Assembly (NCBI GenBank): GCA_964016885.1
Contig: OZ024741.1
Location: 129,208,001-129,272,000 of the forward strand
Source of the DNA: Eledone cirrhosa
Taxonomy: Eukaryota
Direction: 5' to 3'
DNA length: 64,000 nucleotides
The translations under genes were made by a program, and so were the position numbers. The notes beneath the pieces were generated by a model, which was given only the letters and a program-made list of their open reading frames with translations, was not told the DNA's origin and made no database searches. Shown here in pieces: positions 11,321-24,859 of this stretch (position 1 is the first letter of the stretch; every line of letters begins with the position of its first letter).

Positions 11321-11985
11321 TCTGCAATTTGCCTATGGTAAGTTACATACAATTGCTGTAGATGATACACACAGACACACACACACTTTTTCCTGGTCCT
11401 TGTCATTGGACTGCATCCATATTGCACTAATCAAATAAACCTGTGATTCAAAGCCAGTCCAGCCATGGCCATCCTGTATTCACTTCAGATACAGAAACAA
11501 GATATCCTCCACCGTTTGTTTTTGTGATGGTAGGGTGTGTGGTTTGAAGAATATTTTAGCTGCTATATCTAGCAGATTATGCAATGACATAGAAGCTCCT
11601 TAGTTGAGTTGATCTTTATGTATTTGGTGTAATAATGTGCACCATTTGAAGCAATGGGATTAAATGCAGCTTCTATTTTGTTTGTTATTTTCTTCTTCTT
11701 CAAATTAAAAATAGCTAGATAAGTGAGTATTTTAAATATATATATATCTGTGTACACACCTGTAATTTTAGGTGATATCTAGCTCTTCCTTCTTCAAAGA
11801 TTATGCTCAGGAGAAACTTGCTTTTAAAAGCTTATGTTTTTGGCAACTCTTCGTTTCTGCCCTACTACTTAACCATAGGGCTGCAAGACAATTTCTTTAA
11901 AAAAAAACAAATAGCCCAAATTGAACAGAGAGAGAGAAAGAGGGAGATTAGCTGCAGGCTGGTTTTAATCTACATGGTTGCTAAT

Positions 11986-12225
11986 TTAACCCTTCGTTAT
12001 CTTATTTCTAGAGAAATCTTTTTTGAAAATAAAAAAATTTGGAAGGAGGTAGTAATATAACTAATTTTCTCGTTATTAAGCTGATATTTGACGCATAACT
12101 TAACACATTTTCTTACATAAACTTATGGTGGAAGGTTTTTAGATAAACATAAACACTTTAAAACAAATAGTGTTATATCAAAGAACCAGGGACAGTTTCA
12201 AGCTGTTTGGTATCAGAAGGGTTAA
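11986..12225. mobile_element. piggyBac-like MITE, second family (CCCTTTTGATACC-type TIR)
   Basis: TTAA-CCCTTCGTTATC ... GGTATCAGAAGGG-TTAA; relatives at 48385-48809, 34019-34237, about 20697 and about 57344. Confidence 0.6.
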
Positions 12226-12446
12226 TTTCATATGATTCTAACCTTTTTATAATTGTAAAAGTAACATGGGAGCCCGAATTAATAAAAAAAAAAAAGAAAA
12301 AAAAAAGGCGCATGCAATCCGGAAAAGTCCCATAATCTCCTACTTGTAGCTTGTAGACCCAAATGGGACCCCCCCCCCCCCAAAAAAAAAAAACTATTAA
12401 AAAGAAAGAGAAATGATAACTACAACAACAGTAACAGCGACAATTC

Positions 12447-12572
12447 CTGCTGCTGCTGCTGCTGCTACTACCACCACCACCAACACTACCACCACCACCA
12501 CCACCACCACTACTACCACCACCACTACTACCACTACTACCACTACTACTACTACTACCACTACTACCACTA

Positions 12573-12603
<31 letters not shown>

Positions 12604-12608
12604 CACTA

Positions 12609-12651
<43 letters not shown>
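12447..12651. repeat. (CTG)n/(ACC)n/(ACT)n trinucleotide microsatellite
   Basis: Direct reading. Confidence 0.95.
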
Positions 12652-12653
<2 letters not shown>

Positions 12654-12849
12654 TGAGGATATCCTTCTCTGTCCCATGTATCCTGTCACAGGGACCCTAA
12701 AAAATACCCATGGATATTACTCATCCCTCTCTGACGAGACAGTTTAAAAAAAAAAAATTCAATCCTGAAAGTTATTCTTGTTGCTTTTGCTGTATTTTTG
12801 CTTTCTAATCAGCTTCCAGCCTAATTTCTATTTTAATTTTATTTCATTA

Positions 12850-12853
12850 CCCT

Positions 12854-12884
<31 letters not shown>

Positions 12885-13132
12885 TCCTCTCCCTCCCTCT
12901 CTCTTCCTCTCCCTCCCTCTCTCTTCCTCTCCCTCCCTCTCTCTTCCCCCTCCCTTCCCCCCTCTTCCCCTCTCTATCTCCCTTCCCCCTCTTCCCCCTC
13001 TCTATCTCCCTTCCCCCTCTCCCCCCTCTCTTTCCCCTTCCCCTCTCTTCCTCCTCTCTTTCTCCCTTCCCCCTCTTCCCCCTCTCTTCCCCCTATCTCT
13101 CCCCCCCCCTCCCTCTCTCATGCCCTCTCTCT
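12850..13132. repeat. Polypyrimidine (CT-rich) low-complexity tract
   Basis: Direct reading. Confidence 0.9.
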
Positions 13133-14329
13133 TCTGTTATGCTCTCTATCATTCTATGTTACTATCTCTTCCCCCTTTACTCATTCTGGTTTATGTGTAT
13201 GCATATTATATATATGTGTGTGTGTGTGTGTGCGTGTGTGTGTGTGTGTGTGTATATATATCATCATCATCACCATTTTACGTCCATTCTTCCATGCTAG
13301 CACGGGTTAGACGGGTTGTCCTGTTGTTGGCTGACTATGCCTTGCTCATACGGAACTGATTCTGGCTTGATTTCTACTTATATATATATATATATATAAA
13401 TAATCATGTCTGCTTTTCATGTTGGCATGGGTTGGACAGGCTACCATGGTCAGAGACCAGATGACACCAAGAGACCTCATCTTGCTCATATCTATATTTG
13501 CCATGGTTTCTTTGCAGGATGTCCTTCCTAATGCCAATAGGATGTACTCGATAAATGTTATTATGGCACCAGCACTTGCACTTTACAGTGTGTACTAGGT
13601 GTATTTTGCCATAGAAACAGCACTAATATTTTAAAGAGTGTACTGGATGCTGCCATATATTTGGCTCTGCTGAAGAGTCCTCTCTATCCTGTATTGTTTT
13701 CATTTGGTTACCATCCTCTTTACAAAGTGTAATAGGTGCATTTTGTGGTACCAACACTTGAGATGTTGTCAGGTACTTGACAGAACTGGAGGGTACTCAT
13801 CTCTACAATGTTGTTTCTGTCTGTTCATCCACCAGATTATGGTGGGTTAAATGGATACAGAAAGTGTGACATTGCCACTCAGCTCAGTCTTGTATCATCT
13901 CTTTTGTGAGGTTCAGTTTGTTGAAGTTGTTCTTCATAACCTCATCCCATGTCTTCCTTCATCTCCTTCCTCATCCCATGTCTTCCTTCATCTCCTTCCT
14001 CATGTTCCATCCACATCAAGCACTTAGCATGTGTGTGTGCATATATATATATGTATATCATTTAAACTCTGCTTCTACTGCTGATAGATTATCAGCAGAC
14101 ATGGTTGGTACTCAAAACAGAGGTACTGACTCCAGGGTTGACCAAGAGCCTGTATCCCACTATATAAGTTTCTGAAGCCTACTGGGTGCTCAGATGGGCT
14201 GGCTGGCTGCCTACAACTCACTTAAATGCCTTTGACACAGCTGAGAGGTCCTCCCTATATATATATATATATATATATCATGTTCATATGATGCTCTATA
14301 TTATACTCTCTCATTCTACTCCCCAATAG

Positions 14330-14783
14330 GTAATATCACAAGACCTGATCGCCAATACCAACAGCCCAACAACACCCGAGAACATGACCCCTTGTGTGCT
14401 GCCACGCCCTGACACTTCCACATTCATTGACTCCCACGGCAGCACTGATGAAAAAAGCAGTAGCAACAAAGACCCAGCTGGATTAGCAGATGTCAGCACA
14501 AGCCACTGGCGCCTGAACGACGCCACTGGCGCACCTAGTGGAGATAGCATCTATAAGTGTCTGGAGGAGCAGAAGGACGAGATCCTGTTGCTGCGATCAA
14601 GGATCCTCAAGGAGTACGAGCAATTGCTGAAGGCAAGAACCGATTCAATGGTTACAGAGTCGTCAAAGGACATCGTAAACTTGCAGGACGAGATTGATGC
14701 CCTTCAGCAGCAGCATGAGATACAGATTTCTACCATGAAAGAGAGGTCAGCAGGGAAGAACATGTCTTCCACTGAACATACAG
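14330..14783 (+). CDS. AKAP9: AKAP9/pericentrin-like exon A (VISQDLIAN...SSTEHT), phase 0 to 1
   Basis: ccccaatag| acceptor, open frame with coiled-coil EEQKDEILLLRSRILKEYEQLL, CAG|gtcggt donor; phase fits next exon. Confidence 0.8.
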
Positions 14784-15646
14784 GTCGGTCAGTCTATGTA
14801 TGTTGTGTTGTAGTGTATGTAGTTTGTGAGGGTTCCACAGATTGTGCTTGAGCACATGCATATAAATATGATATGTGTAAGAGTGTACATGTATATAAAT
14901 ATGATATATGAATATGTGTATAAATTTGATATGTGTGCTTGTATATAAATGTGATGTGTGCTTTTCTGCATGTAAACTCTCATATACTACTATCCAGAGT
15001 TATGTAGGTATGAATTATAGAAATTTCAATCATCCTTCCATGTCTGTGTTAATCTGCTGTCGGGGCCATCTGTACTATTTATTCCCTTCCTAGCTGATAT
15101 AGTAGGTACCTGTCACAACCATTAGTCATTACAAGCGATTGTATCCCTCTCTCTTCAGGCTGGGAATTAAAATGTCAGATTAAAGAATTTGCAGTGTTTG
15201 TTCCAGCTCCCAGCTCTTTGAGGGATCAACTTGCAGGGATCAACTTTGCCTTTCATCCATTCAGATTTGACAAATAAAGCAACCAGTTCAGCACAGTGGA
15301 TTGGTGAAATTGTCAGAGCATTGGACATAGTGCCTTGCAGTATCTGATCCAGTCATGTGTGTTCTGAGTTCAAATCTCACCTCCTGTCATCAGAAAAATA
15401 GTGACATGATAAAATTGGATTCCCTATTGTGTAAACACCCTTCTATGAAATGCAACCTCATAGGAGGTTAGTTAAACTCATGCAGGTCTGAGTTGTAACC
15501 CCACCACCACCACCACCACTTTTCTCATACCTCAGTCTAGTAAAAATTTGGCTTTGTGTCTTGTGAAGAAGAAAAATTAATATTATTTACTTATTTGTTT
15601 TGTTGTTCTTTCTAATATATTTTTTTCTAATATATCTTTTATGTAG

Positions 15647-16747
15647 ATGAGAGTTCTCTGTCTCAGAGTTTAGATGAAGACCAGCGTCAAACACTGAGTA
15701 AGCTGCTTTGTCACTATGAAACCCAAGTACATTCAATTGAAGACCGCTTCAATCATCACATGAACAGGCTGAAGTCTAAAATTGAACAAGATCTCTCTGC
15801 CAGCTTTGGGGATCTCTCTGGAGAATTGGACCTAAACTTCAGCTTAGGCAAAATGTCACTGCTCAAAACAGGTCGGTTTTCTCCTGTTGTTCACCAAACC
15901 AACCAATTCCCTGAATTTTCTGCTTCCAGCATAGAGCAACAGCAGCATGTTCCGATGAATTCTCAGATAGTTGCTGAGGAAGCATTTGTATTAAATGACA
16001 CAAACAACTCTGCTTCAATCAGAGGCAACAGCTTGGATGTAACAGACAGAGGTATGGATGAACATGGACACACCAGGTGTACAAATAGTGCCACACGTGA
16101 AGAACAACTGGCTCAGTTGCAGAAACAGTACACAGAATTTGCTGCATCAGAATCACAATTGTCTAGTGAAAATGCAGAGCTGACTTCTATCCATGAGAAA
16201 GTGCTGAGAGCACAAAAAGAATTCTTAGAACAAGAACACAAACTGGACATTGATGAACAACAGTCAGAGTTTGAGGTTAAGCTGCAAGTTGAGCTGAAAA
16301 AGCAGGCAATTGAGCTGTTGGAGAAATTTCAGGCAGGAGTGTTGAACAATGATGAAAGCAAGGTGAGTCTGACACGGCGTGAGTCCTTTGAGAGGGAACT
16401 TGTTAAACGGACGATGACAGCTGGCCACTTTGATAGCTTTGATGCAAACACAAACCGCAACAACAGTGCAAGTGTTAACAAAGATAGATTGAATGTTCCT
16501 GTTTTTGCACCAGTACTGGTGTCTGAGAATAAGCCTGATGACAGCAATAAACTTGTGGCAGATTACGAAGCTCGAATTAATTCGATGCAGTCAGAATTTG
16601 AGCAGCGTTTTGAGGCATTACGGAGAGAGCTGACAGAACTTGGTGAGAAAGAAAAACAAGAGATAACAACAAAACTACAAAAGGAAATAGCGAATCTGCA
16701 AAATCAGTTGTCGGACAGTGAAGATAAATATGAAAATCTAATGGATG
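15647..16747 (+). CDS. AKAP9: AKAP9/pericentrin-like exon B (1101 nt, coiled coil), phase 1 to 1
   Basis: ttttatgtag| acceptor, 367 open codons rich in E/Q/L/K, G|gtaagt donor. Confidence 0.9.
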
Positions 16748-17633
16748 GTAAGTGAATTTTTTTTTTGTTTGTAAAATTTGTATTTTGATTAATTAATGGT
16801 TTGCATATGAGAACCATTATAGTTTATGTTGATTACTGACACATGGAAGTGATTAAAGATAGAAATGAAATTTTAATTATCTATTACTAGGATATAATTA
16901 CATAAATGTTAATCATATATATACAAATGACATACAGGATTAAATGTATGTGTAACTTTGGAGATATAACTATTTACAGGGACAAAAGCAAACTTCTCAC
17001 TGTAGCAACATGACTGAAATAGGAAATTTGTATTTTGTATACTGATGCATGTGTGTGTATGTTAGTGTGTAAATTTTAATGAGTTACAGACAGAGATCAT
17101 CATCATTTTTACATCTATTTTTGATGTTGGCAGGGGTTGGATGGGCAGTTATGTCCAAATTTGGTATGATTTCTACAACTAGGTTCCCATCCTAACACCA
17201 ACCACTTCACATGGTGTATTGCATGCACTTTTTCATGTTGGTGACATGATGAAAAGCACCCAGTTCACCCTATATATAAAGTGGTCACGTTGTTGACATG
17301 ATAAAGAGCATCCAGAATACCCTGTAAGGTGGTCATGCTGGTGACAATGAAAACATACCCAGTCTAACCTGTCAGTTGGTTGTTTAGTGCCACAATAAAA
17401 AGCACCCAGTCCACACTGAAATGCAGTTGGCATTAGGATGGGCATCCAGCTGTAGAAACCAAGCCAGAAACAGTTCTGTATGAGCAAGACGCTGTCACCT
17501 GATCTGACACATCTCACAACGTCAGAACAACTCATCTAACCCATGTTAGCATGGAAAATAGATATTAAACAATGATGATGATATACAAACACACATGGCA
17601 TATTATTATGGTTGATTTTTTTTGTACTTGCAG

Positions 17634-17755
17634 ATTTACGCAGTGGCAAAGTCCCCGAAGTTGCACAGCTGATGCACGAGAAGTATGATACAGAATTAGA
17701 ATTTGCCAAGACTTTAATGCAACAAGAGTTTGATGAATCTCTCGAGGGGGAGCAG
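17634..17755 (+). CDS. AKAP9: AKAP9/pericentrin-like exon C (DLRSGKVPEVAQLMHEKYDTELEFAKTLMQQEFDESLEGEQ), phase 1 to 0
   Basis: tacttgcag| acceptor and CAG|gtaaat donor; absent from the ORF track but open and phase-consistent. Confidence 0.85.
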
Positions 17756-19487
17756 GTAAATTGTGATATCTGTAATATGTTATAGGTGCAGGTATGGCTG
17801 TGTGGTGGAGTAGTTTGCTTCAGAAAGATGTAGTTCCAGGTTTGACCCCACTGTGTGGCACCTTGGACAAGTCTCTTTTATTATAGTCTCAAACTGACCA
17901 ATATTGTAGCAATGAAATTGGTAGATGGAAACTGAAGAACCCCTCTGTGTGTGTTGGTATCTGGTTTAGTGATTATAGTGTTTGGTTCATGATTGTAAAG
18001 TCGTGAGTTTGATTCGTAGTGTCTTTGAGTAAGACACTTTATTTCACATTGCTGCAGCCCACTCAGTTGGCAAAAATGGGTTATACCTGAAGTTCAAAAG
18101 CCAGCCTTATCACACAGTGTCAAACTGTATATCTCTGGGAATTATGTTAAGTGTACACGTGTCTGTAGAAAGCTCAGCCACTTACATGATGATCTCATGG
18201 GCAGGTTGTTTCATTGATCAAACAACTGGAACACTCGTGGTCAAAGCCGATGGAAGTACAACAACAGTGTGTGTGAGTGTTTGTCTCCTGATGTCTTCAC
18301 ATTGACACTGGTTAGAAAGCCAGTGCCATTTCTTTGTCTCATGTAATCAATATGTCTTGCAGCTCAGTGGTTCAAAATGTGAAGTTCAGTAGAACAAATG
18401 ACTTACTTAAAAATAAATAAAAGGCTGGTGCCAAGTAAAATAACCAGCTATAAAATACTGTTTAAAGAAAAAAAAAATTATGGTAGTCCAACTGTACAAA
18501 CCAGGATGTGAGAACCCTTTGGTTGTGTCACAGACACAACAACCTCTCTAGTGTTGGTGATTTGCATGATAAAACTCACCCAGTATACTCTGTAAAGTGG
18601 TTGGTAATCAGAAAGGCATCCAACTCTAGATAACTAGCCAAACAAAGGGTTGAGAGGAGTCTTCAGTTGTGTGAAAGACATGACAATCTCTCTAGTGCTG
18701 GGACCACAATAAATTGCACCTGACATACTTTGTAGAGTGTGGGAACATATGTAAGCAAGATGTTTTGTCAGTTTTTAGTTATCTAATCCCAAGTCTATCC
18801 TGATCCAACTTACCTCTTATCAAAGATGTTCCAGCCATGACCATTCAGTTTTATTTTCAAACATAGTATACCTAAAGCTTCATTATCCAATTCGCTTTGC
18901 CTTGTTAAAATATCACATCCAAGATCTAACAGGTTGGAAAGACAGCTACAGGCAGGATTTGAACTCAGCACACAGAGCTGGAATAAAATACCCAGTGTTC
19001 TAATGACGACCAAATCGACCCCCAAACTAATTACACTACATTCTTTTCTTTGGATTAGTCTATGCTGACAAAACAAAACATGGTTATTAAGTAAGAATCT
19101 TATTAGTATATAAATGTATTCCCTCCCTCCTGAACTCACCCCCACCTATCTTGGACTAGTCTATGTTGGCAAAATAAAACATGGCTATTTTTATATAAGA
19201 TTTTGATTAATATATTAATGTATCTCGCCCACACACCTATCTTGGACTAGTCTATGTTGGCAAAACAAAATTTACTATTTTATGTTAAGATCTAATTAAC
19301 ATATGAATGGCATTATTTCTCTCTCTCACTCTCTGCTTTATGTCCCAATCACAAAGTTTTGGAATAAAAAGAAAAAATACCTAGTTCACCAGATATGGTT
19401 TGCAAAATAATGTGAAAATTTCATTGATATATATTATCTATTACCTCATATATTATGTATTACCTCTCTTCACCTAAACTTTTGCCC

Positions 19488-19535
<48 letters not shown>

Positions 19536-20320
19536 AAATTATAAATTAAGATATATCAATTGAGAAACTAACTAGGCTTTAATACAAATACACATAAATA
19601 ACATACAATTTTCGCCGTACTTTCAAATATGACCATGGTCATATATATATATATGTATAATAAATGATGGGAATTTCTGTGCATGTGACCACTGCTGATG
19701 TCAGTCACGGGGCAATTACCACGGGGTAATAACTTCAAGTGAGAAATTAAATTACATTGATCTGAGTTCAAATTACTGACAGTTAAATTACATTGATCTG
19801 AGTTCAAATTACTGTTATGTTCTCTTTTATAAGCAATAAACTATTCACACACCAATATGGAAAAATGGATGTTTAATGAAATCATGATGTTATACTTATC
19901 CCTATGTGTCATAAAAGACAACTAAAAGGGTTGGTGCCAGGAAAGACTATAAAACCGAATGGACTGGGGACATTTTCATCATAGCACCAGTATTACTGCC
20001 TTACAGGGTGGATTAGGTGTTTTTTGTTATGGAACCTTAGATTATTAATTGGTTGCTTTTTTTCATGACACCAGCACCAAACCTTACTGGGTAGACTGGG
20101 TGTGTTTTGTTTGTGGCACTAGCATTACCTTCTTATAGAGTGAACTGGTTTCTCTTTCTCTTGGCACCAGTATTACCAACTTACTGAGTGCTTTCTGTTA
20201 TGGTACCAGCACTACCACCTTATAGGGTAAACTGGGTGTTTCTTTTTTTTTTATTTTGGTACCAGCACTACCACCTTACATGATATATTAAGTCTATGTA
20301 TAAACTCCTATTATTTACAG

Positions 20321-20669
20321 TTTCGGTTGAAAGAACTCCAAGAGAAGCAAATGCAAGAGCTGCTGTTTGAAAAGACAAAAGAAATGCAGGAGCTGCAGCA
20401 GAAGTATGAAGGGAATCTTACTTCATTGCAAGAAACTTTAAGCCGTTATGAAAACCACAACAATGCCAAAGACAACACAGACAACAGCAACAAAGGCAGT
20501 AAACAACAACAGAAACATCAGGATCAGCAGCTCAAATATTTACATCAACAGCTAGAAGAAAAAGATCAACTAGTAGAAGTACAGAAGAAGACACTTCTGG
20601 AGAACCATAACAAGGAACTAGAAAAACTTCGAGAGGAATACGAACTAAAGTTGAGTGAACAGCAAAAAC
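20321..20669 (+). CDS. AKAP9: AKAP9/pericentrin-like exon D (FRLKELQEKQ...LSEQQK), phase 0 to 1
   Basis: atttacag| acceptor, C|gtaagt donor, coiled-coil composition. Confidence 0.88.
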
Positions 20670-21327
20670 GTAAGTAGTGTTCTGATTGTTGTTCCTTAAC
20701 CCCTTATCAACACTTTTGATATAAATGATACAAAAATGCTTGAAATAACACATGGTTCTACTATACAAAACTGTTTATTTTCTTACCTTCATATTTATCT
20801 AAAACATTCCATCATAATTTTATGTAAAAACCTTTAACTCTCCTGCTGATTCACCACCTCATATGGATGTGTGTGTGTGTAGTACAACTTGTAAAGGGCA
20901 TTCAGTTGTAGAAACCATGTCACATGTGTCAAGGGCATGACAAGTGTTCTCCTGTTGGTGACATGATAAAACATACCCATTACACTGTGATGTGATTGGT
21001 GATAGGAAGGACATCCAGCCATAGGAAACTTGCCAAACAAAGAGTTAAGAAGGTTCTCCAGTTGTGTCAAAGACATGACAACCTCCCTAGTGCTGGTGCT
21101 ATGATAAAATGCCCCTGGTGCACTCTATGAAGTGCGGGAACATATTTAAACAAGATGTGGACTCCACTTCCATCCATGGCATGTGTGAGAAGTCTGTGAC
21201 TCCGATTAAGTGCTGACTTGGTTTGTGATGACTTGTCTAACCCTTGCTAATAGGGAAAACAGATTTTAAATGATGATGATGATGACTTAATCTAATCCTT
21301 ATTTGTTTGTGTTGTCTTGTTCTTCAG

Positions 21328-21557
21328 GTCTTACAGAAAGCCATAATGACCAGTTGTCTGCAATGGTCATACATTCCGATTCGATAAAGTCTGAATTAGA
21401 CGAAGCTCACCAAGCAGAACTAAATCATGTCCGTGAACAACTGACTACCAAACACACCAAGATGATGGAGAACCTCAACAAGAAACACAAGATGAAAATT
21501 GAAGATTTGGAGAAACAGTTTCAAATTAAAACTGAAGAATTGGAGATAAGACATCAG
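21328..21557 (+). CDS. AKAP9: AKAP9/pericentrin-like exon E (RLTESHNDQL...LEIRHQ), phase 1 to 0
   Basis: ttcttcag| acceptor and CAG|gtaaaa donor. Confidence 0.88.
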
Positions 21558-22414
21558 GTAAAAACTTGTAAAAAATTACAGCCGTCTCTTGCAATCAAGT
21601 ATGACTTGGTAGGGTGTACCAGGCTTTCACTATGGCTTTTAGGTGGACATGTACTTACAAAAAATGCATTGTTATTTGTTTGTTTGTTTAAATAATCATC
21701 ATCATCATTTTATGTCTGCTTTTCCCTGCTTGCAAGGGTGGGACACAATTTATTTTGAAAATGTGGGAATCCTAAATGCAGTAACTATAGCAACAGTTTG
21801 ATTACTATAAACAAAGGCTTAGAAACCTGGGTAATATAACCCAAGGGCCAAAAATACCAATGGCCAGCAGCAGCTACGGAAAATTGAACACCTTGCAGCA
21901 GCTGTTTGCCACTTTTATTCCATCCCTAATATTATTTTCTTTGTTAGGTCAGGGTTCTGTCTGCTATTGGTATCGTGGAACTCAGTACAACTCGCTTCAT
22001 GATCAAGTCAGTATCAACTAAACTGGCTCCCCCACCAGACCCTGGTCTGGTAAAGAGGCTAAGTGGAACCTCAGCAGCTTAAAAAACAAGAGCTGTTAAA
22101 AGAGCAGATGACCTCCACAGCGTCAAGTCATCCACCCTAAATATGGATTAAATAGCTTCACCAACCTGCAATTGGCCAAGCTACACCCCGGACATGACCA
22201 ATACCAAACAGAAAGTGGTAGAGGTCAAACAGGGAGGGGTTCCTCCAACAGAAGTAAAAAAGGCCCTGGATTGGAATGTTACTTTACCTGATTTTCTAAG
22301 ATATTGTTTATAGCAATTGATGTTGAAATTACTGTTTGGGATTCCCACAAAATTTCAAATTTACTCAGTGCTTTGATAATTTATAAGATTTATTTGTTTA
22401 TTTTAATATTCCAG

Positions 22415-22501
22415 TTGGAAGTTGAATGTCTGAAGAAGGAAATGGAAAACCTTGATACTAAAGAAGAACCCCTTCTGTCCACAGCCATTGTTGCTGTTCA
22501 A
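22415..22501 (+). CDS. AKAP9: AKAP9/pericentrin-like exon F (LEVECLKKEMENLDTKEEPLLSTAIVAVQ), phase 0 to 0
   Basis: tattccag| acceptor and CAA|gtaagt donor. Confidence 0.82.
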
Positions 22502-22535
22502 GTAAGTATACCTCTTTTACTAGTCAAGTAACAAA

Positions 22536-22780
22536 CATGATGATAGTAATGGTGGTGATGATGATGGTGACAGTAATGGTGCTGATGGTGGTGATGATGA
22601 TGGTGACAGTAATAGTGGTGATGGTGATGATGATGGTGACAGTAATGGAGGGGATGGTGAGGATGATAGTGATGGTGACAATAATGGTGGTGATGATGAT
22701 GGTGGTGACAGGAATGGTGAGGATGATGGTAATGATGATGATGATGGTAAAGGTGAGGATGATAGTGATGGTGATAATAA
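22536..22780. repeat. Degenerate (GAT/GGT)n tract
   Basis: Direct reading. Confidence 0.9.
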
Positions 22781-23603
22781 TTGTTTCTACTTTTGGCACA
22801 AGGCCAGCAATTACCCAGTGTATTACTGGTACTTTATTTTATCAACCCCGTAAAGATGAAAGGCAAAGTTAACCTCGGCAGGATTTGAACTCAGAATGGC
22901 AAGGGCCGTGATGAAGATGATGATTCATGCTAGTAATGAAAACATTCTTTAAATGTAGCATCTTTACTTCCGTATTTCATTCATTTTTTTTTCACATCTG
23001 GTTGGCTTAAGAAATATTTGAAAAATTTGAAATGTAGTTGACCCAATGTCGACTGAATGGGGTGGAACTCGTCAGATTGGATCAAGGAAACAATGTTTCC
23101 ATTCATCTTTCCATTGCTGATACTATCTACCAGTTGTAACTCCTGGTAGAAAGAGAAATGTGAAATAAAGTGTCTTGCTGAAGGACATATCACGTCATCC
23201 AGACAAGGAATCGAACACGCAACTTCACACTTGCGGCTCCAAGTCTCTAATGACTAAGCGCCATGTAAATGACTATAATAATAGTCATATACATAGGGAA
23301 GACAACATTTCAAATTTATTATTATTATTTTTATTTTTATTTAAAATAAAAGCAACAACAGTGTTACTGTGATGACATTTTTTTTTAATTTGTCTCTGGC
23401 CAGGTTCTGATATTTAACAAATTAATTGCTGAAATATTGATGGAAATGACGTTAAGACACTATAAGCTCCAATTTAGAGACATTATCATTCCTAATATCT
23501 TCTGATGACATTTTACTTTCAAATAATTACTGTCTTCATTATAAAATTATGTAAATGCATAATTGGAAGATATGTGTGTCTGAATAATGTATATGTATGA
23601 ATA

Positions 23604-23644
<41 letters not shown>

Positions 23645-23683
23645 CCATAGAGCAAATATTTATTATTAGTACAGATTAAAGGT

Positions 23684-23900
23684 TTAACCCTTTAGCATTT
23701 ACATTACTCTATATTTACTATTGTAGTTTTGCAGTAAAGGCATTACCTCACATAATTATCTCACATAATATCGAATCTGAGATTTTGAGGTTATTTATTT
23801 TGAGAACAATACCTTAATCTAGGTATAGGTGGCCAGTTTGAACAGAAAGAGGTGAGAGAGTTCTGGTCGTATATGGCCGGTTTAAATGCTAAAGGGTTAG
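23684..23900. mobile_element. piggyBac-like MITE (inverted copy of 2969-3197 family)
   Basis: TTAA-CCCTTTAGCATTTA ... TAAATGCTAAAGGG-TTAG. Confidence 0.75.
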
Positions 23901-24796
23901 ATAAATAATTTCTACTTTCACCCTTTTACGGGATCCTCTGAAACATATATATATGACCTGACTTCACATGGGTACAAGCTGAAGCATATAGACAATATGT
24001 CCCCACCCCCTCCCAAAGTGGTCATGGAGGTGTCACGACAAAAAAGCACCCAGTCCACACTGTAAAGTAGTTGTGTAGGCACCATGGAAAAAAGAACTCT
24101 GCACTCACTGTAAATGAGGTTGGTGTTAGGAAGAGCATCCAGCTGTAGAAATCAAGCCAGAATCAGTTCCCATATGAGCAAGAGAAGGTCACTCGACCTG
24201 GCATTGCCCACAACAGGACAACCCATCGAACCCATACTAGCGTGAAAGAATGGACGTAAAACGGTGATGATGATGATATATATCCAATCTGTGGAAACAG
24301 ATATGAATATTTTGAATTGTGTTTTGTTTAACATTTGCTGTCAGTATAGTAGAAGTAGTAGTGGTGGTGATGGTGGTGGTGGTGAGGGCAGGGTGAAAGT
24401 TTTGACCATCTGGCCCTCTTTAGTCATCAATGCTTGTCTCATCTCCTCTCCACTTTACTACTCTTGTAAATTGTTATGTCATTCTATTAGGTCATCACAT
24501 CTTTCCCTTCCTCCTCATTACACCACTACTACTACTACCGTCACCACTACCACTATAGTCTGTATTAGTAGTGGAAGTAGTATTAGTAGTAGTATCACTC
24601 TTTATTACCTTGCTTGTCCAGTTACTGTGAGCTTGGTTATAGTGGTATTTGTTATAATAATCACAAATGTAGCATATATATATGTATGTGTGTATATGTA
24701 TATATGTGTGTGTATATATATATGTACATGTGTGTGTATATGTATATATGTGTACATGTGTGTGTATGTGTATATATGTGTGTGAGTGTGTGTATG

Positions 24797-24859
<63 letters not shown>

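Noticed and set aside
10710-11438. ORFs of 116-205 aa rich in C/V or H/T
   Set aside because: Translations of degenerate (GT)n; the same applies to the YI, poly-T, poly-V and M/V ORFs throughout.
12725-12780. CTGACGA...GAAA hammerhead-like spacing
   Set aside because: No convincing stems I-III around the core.
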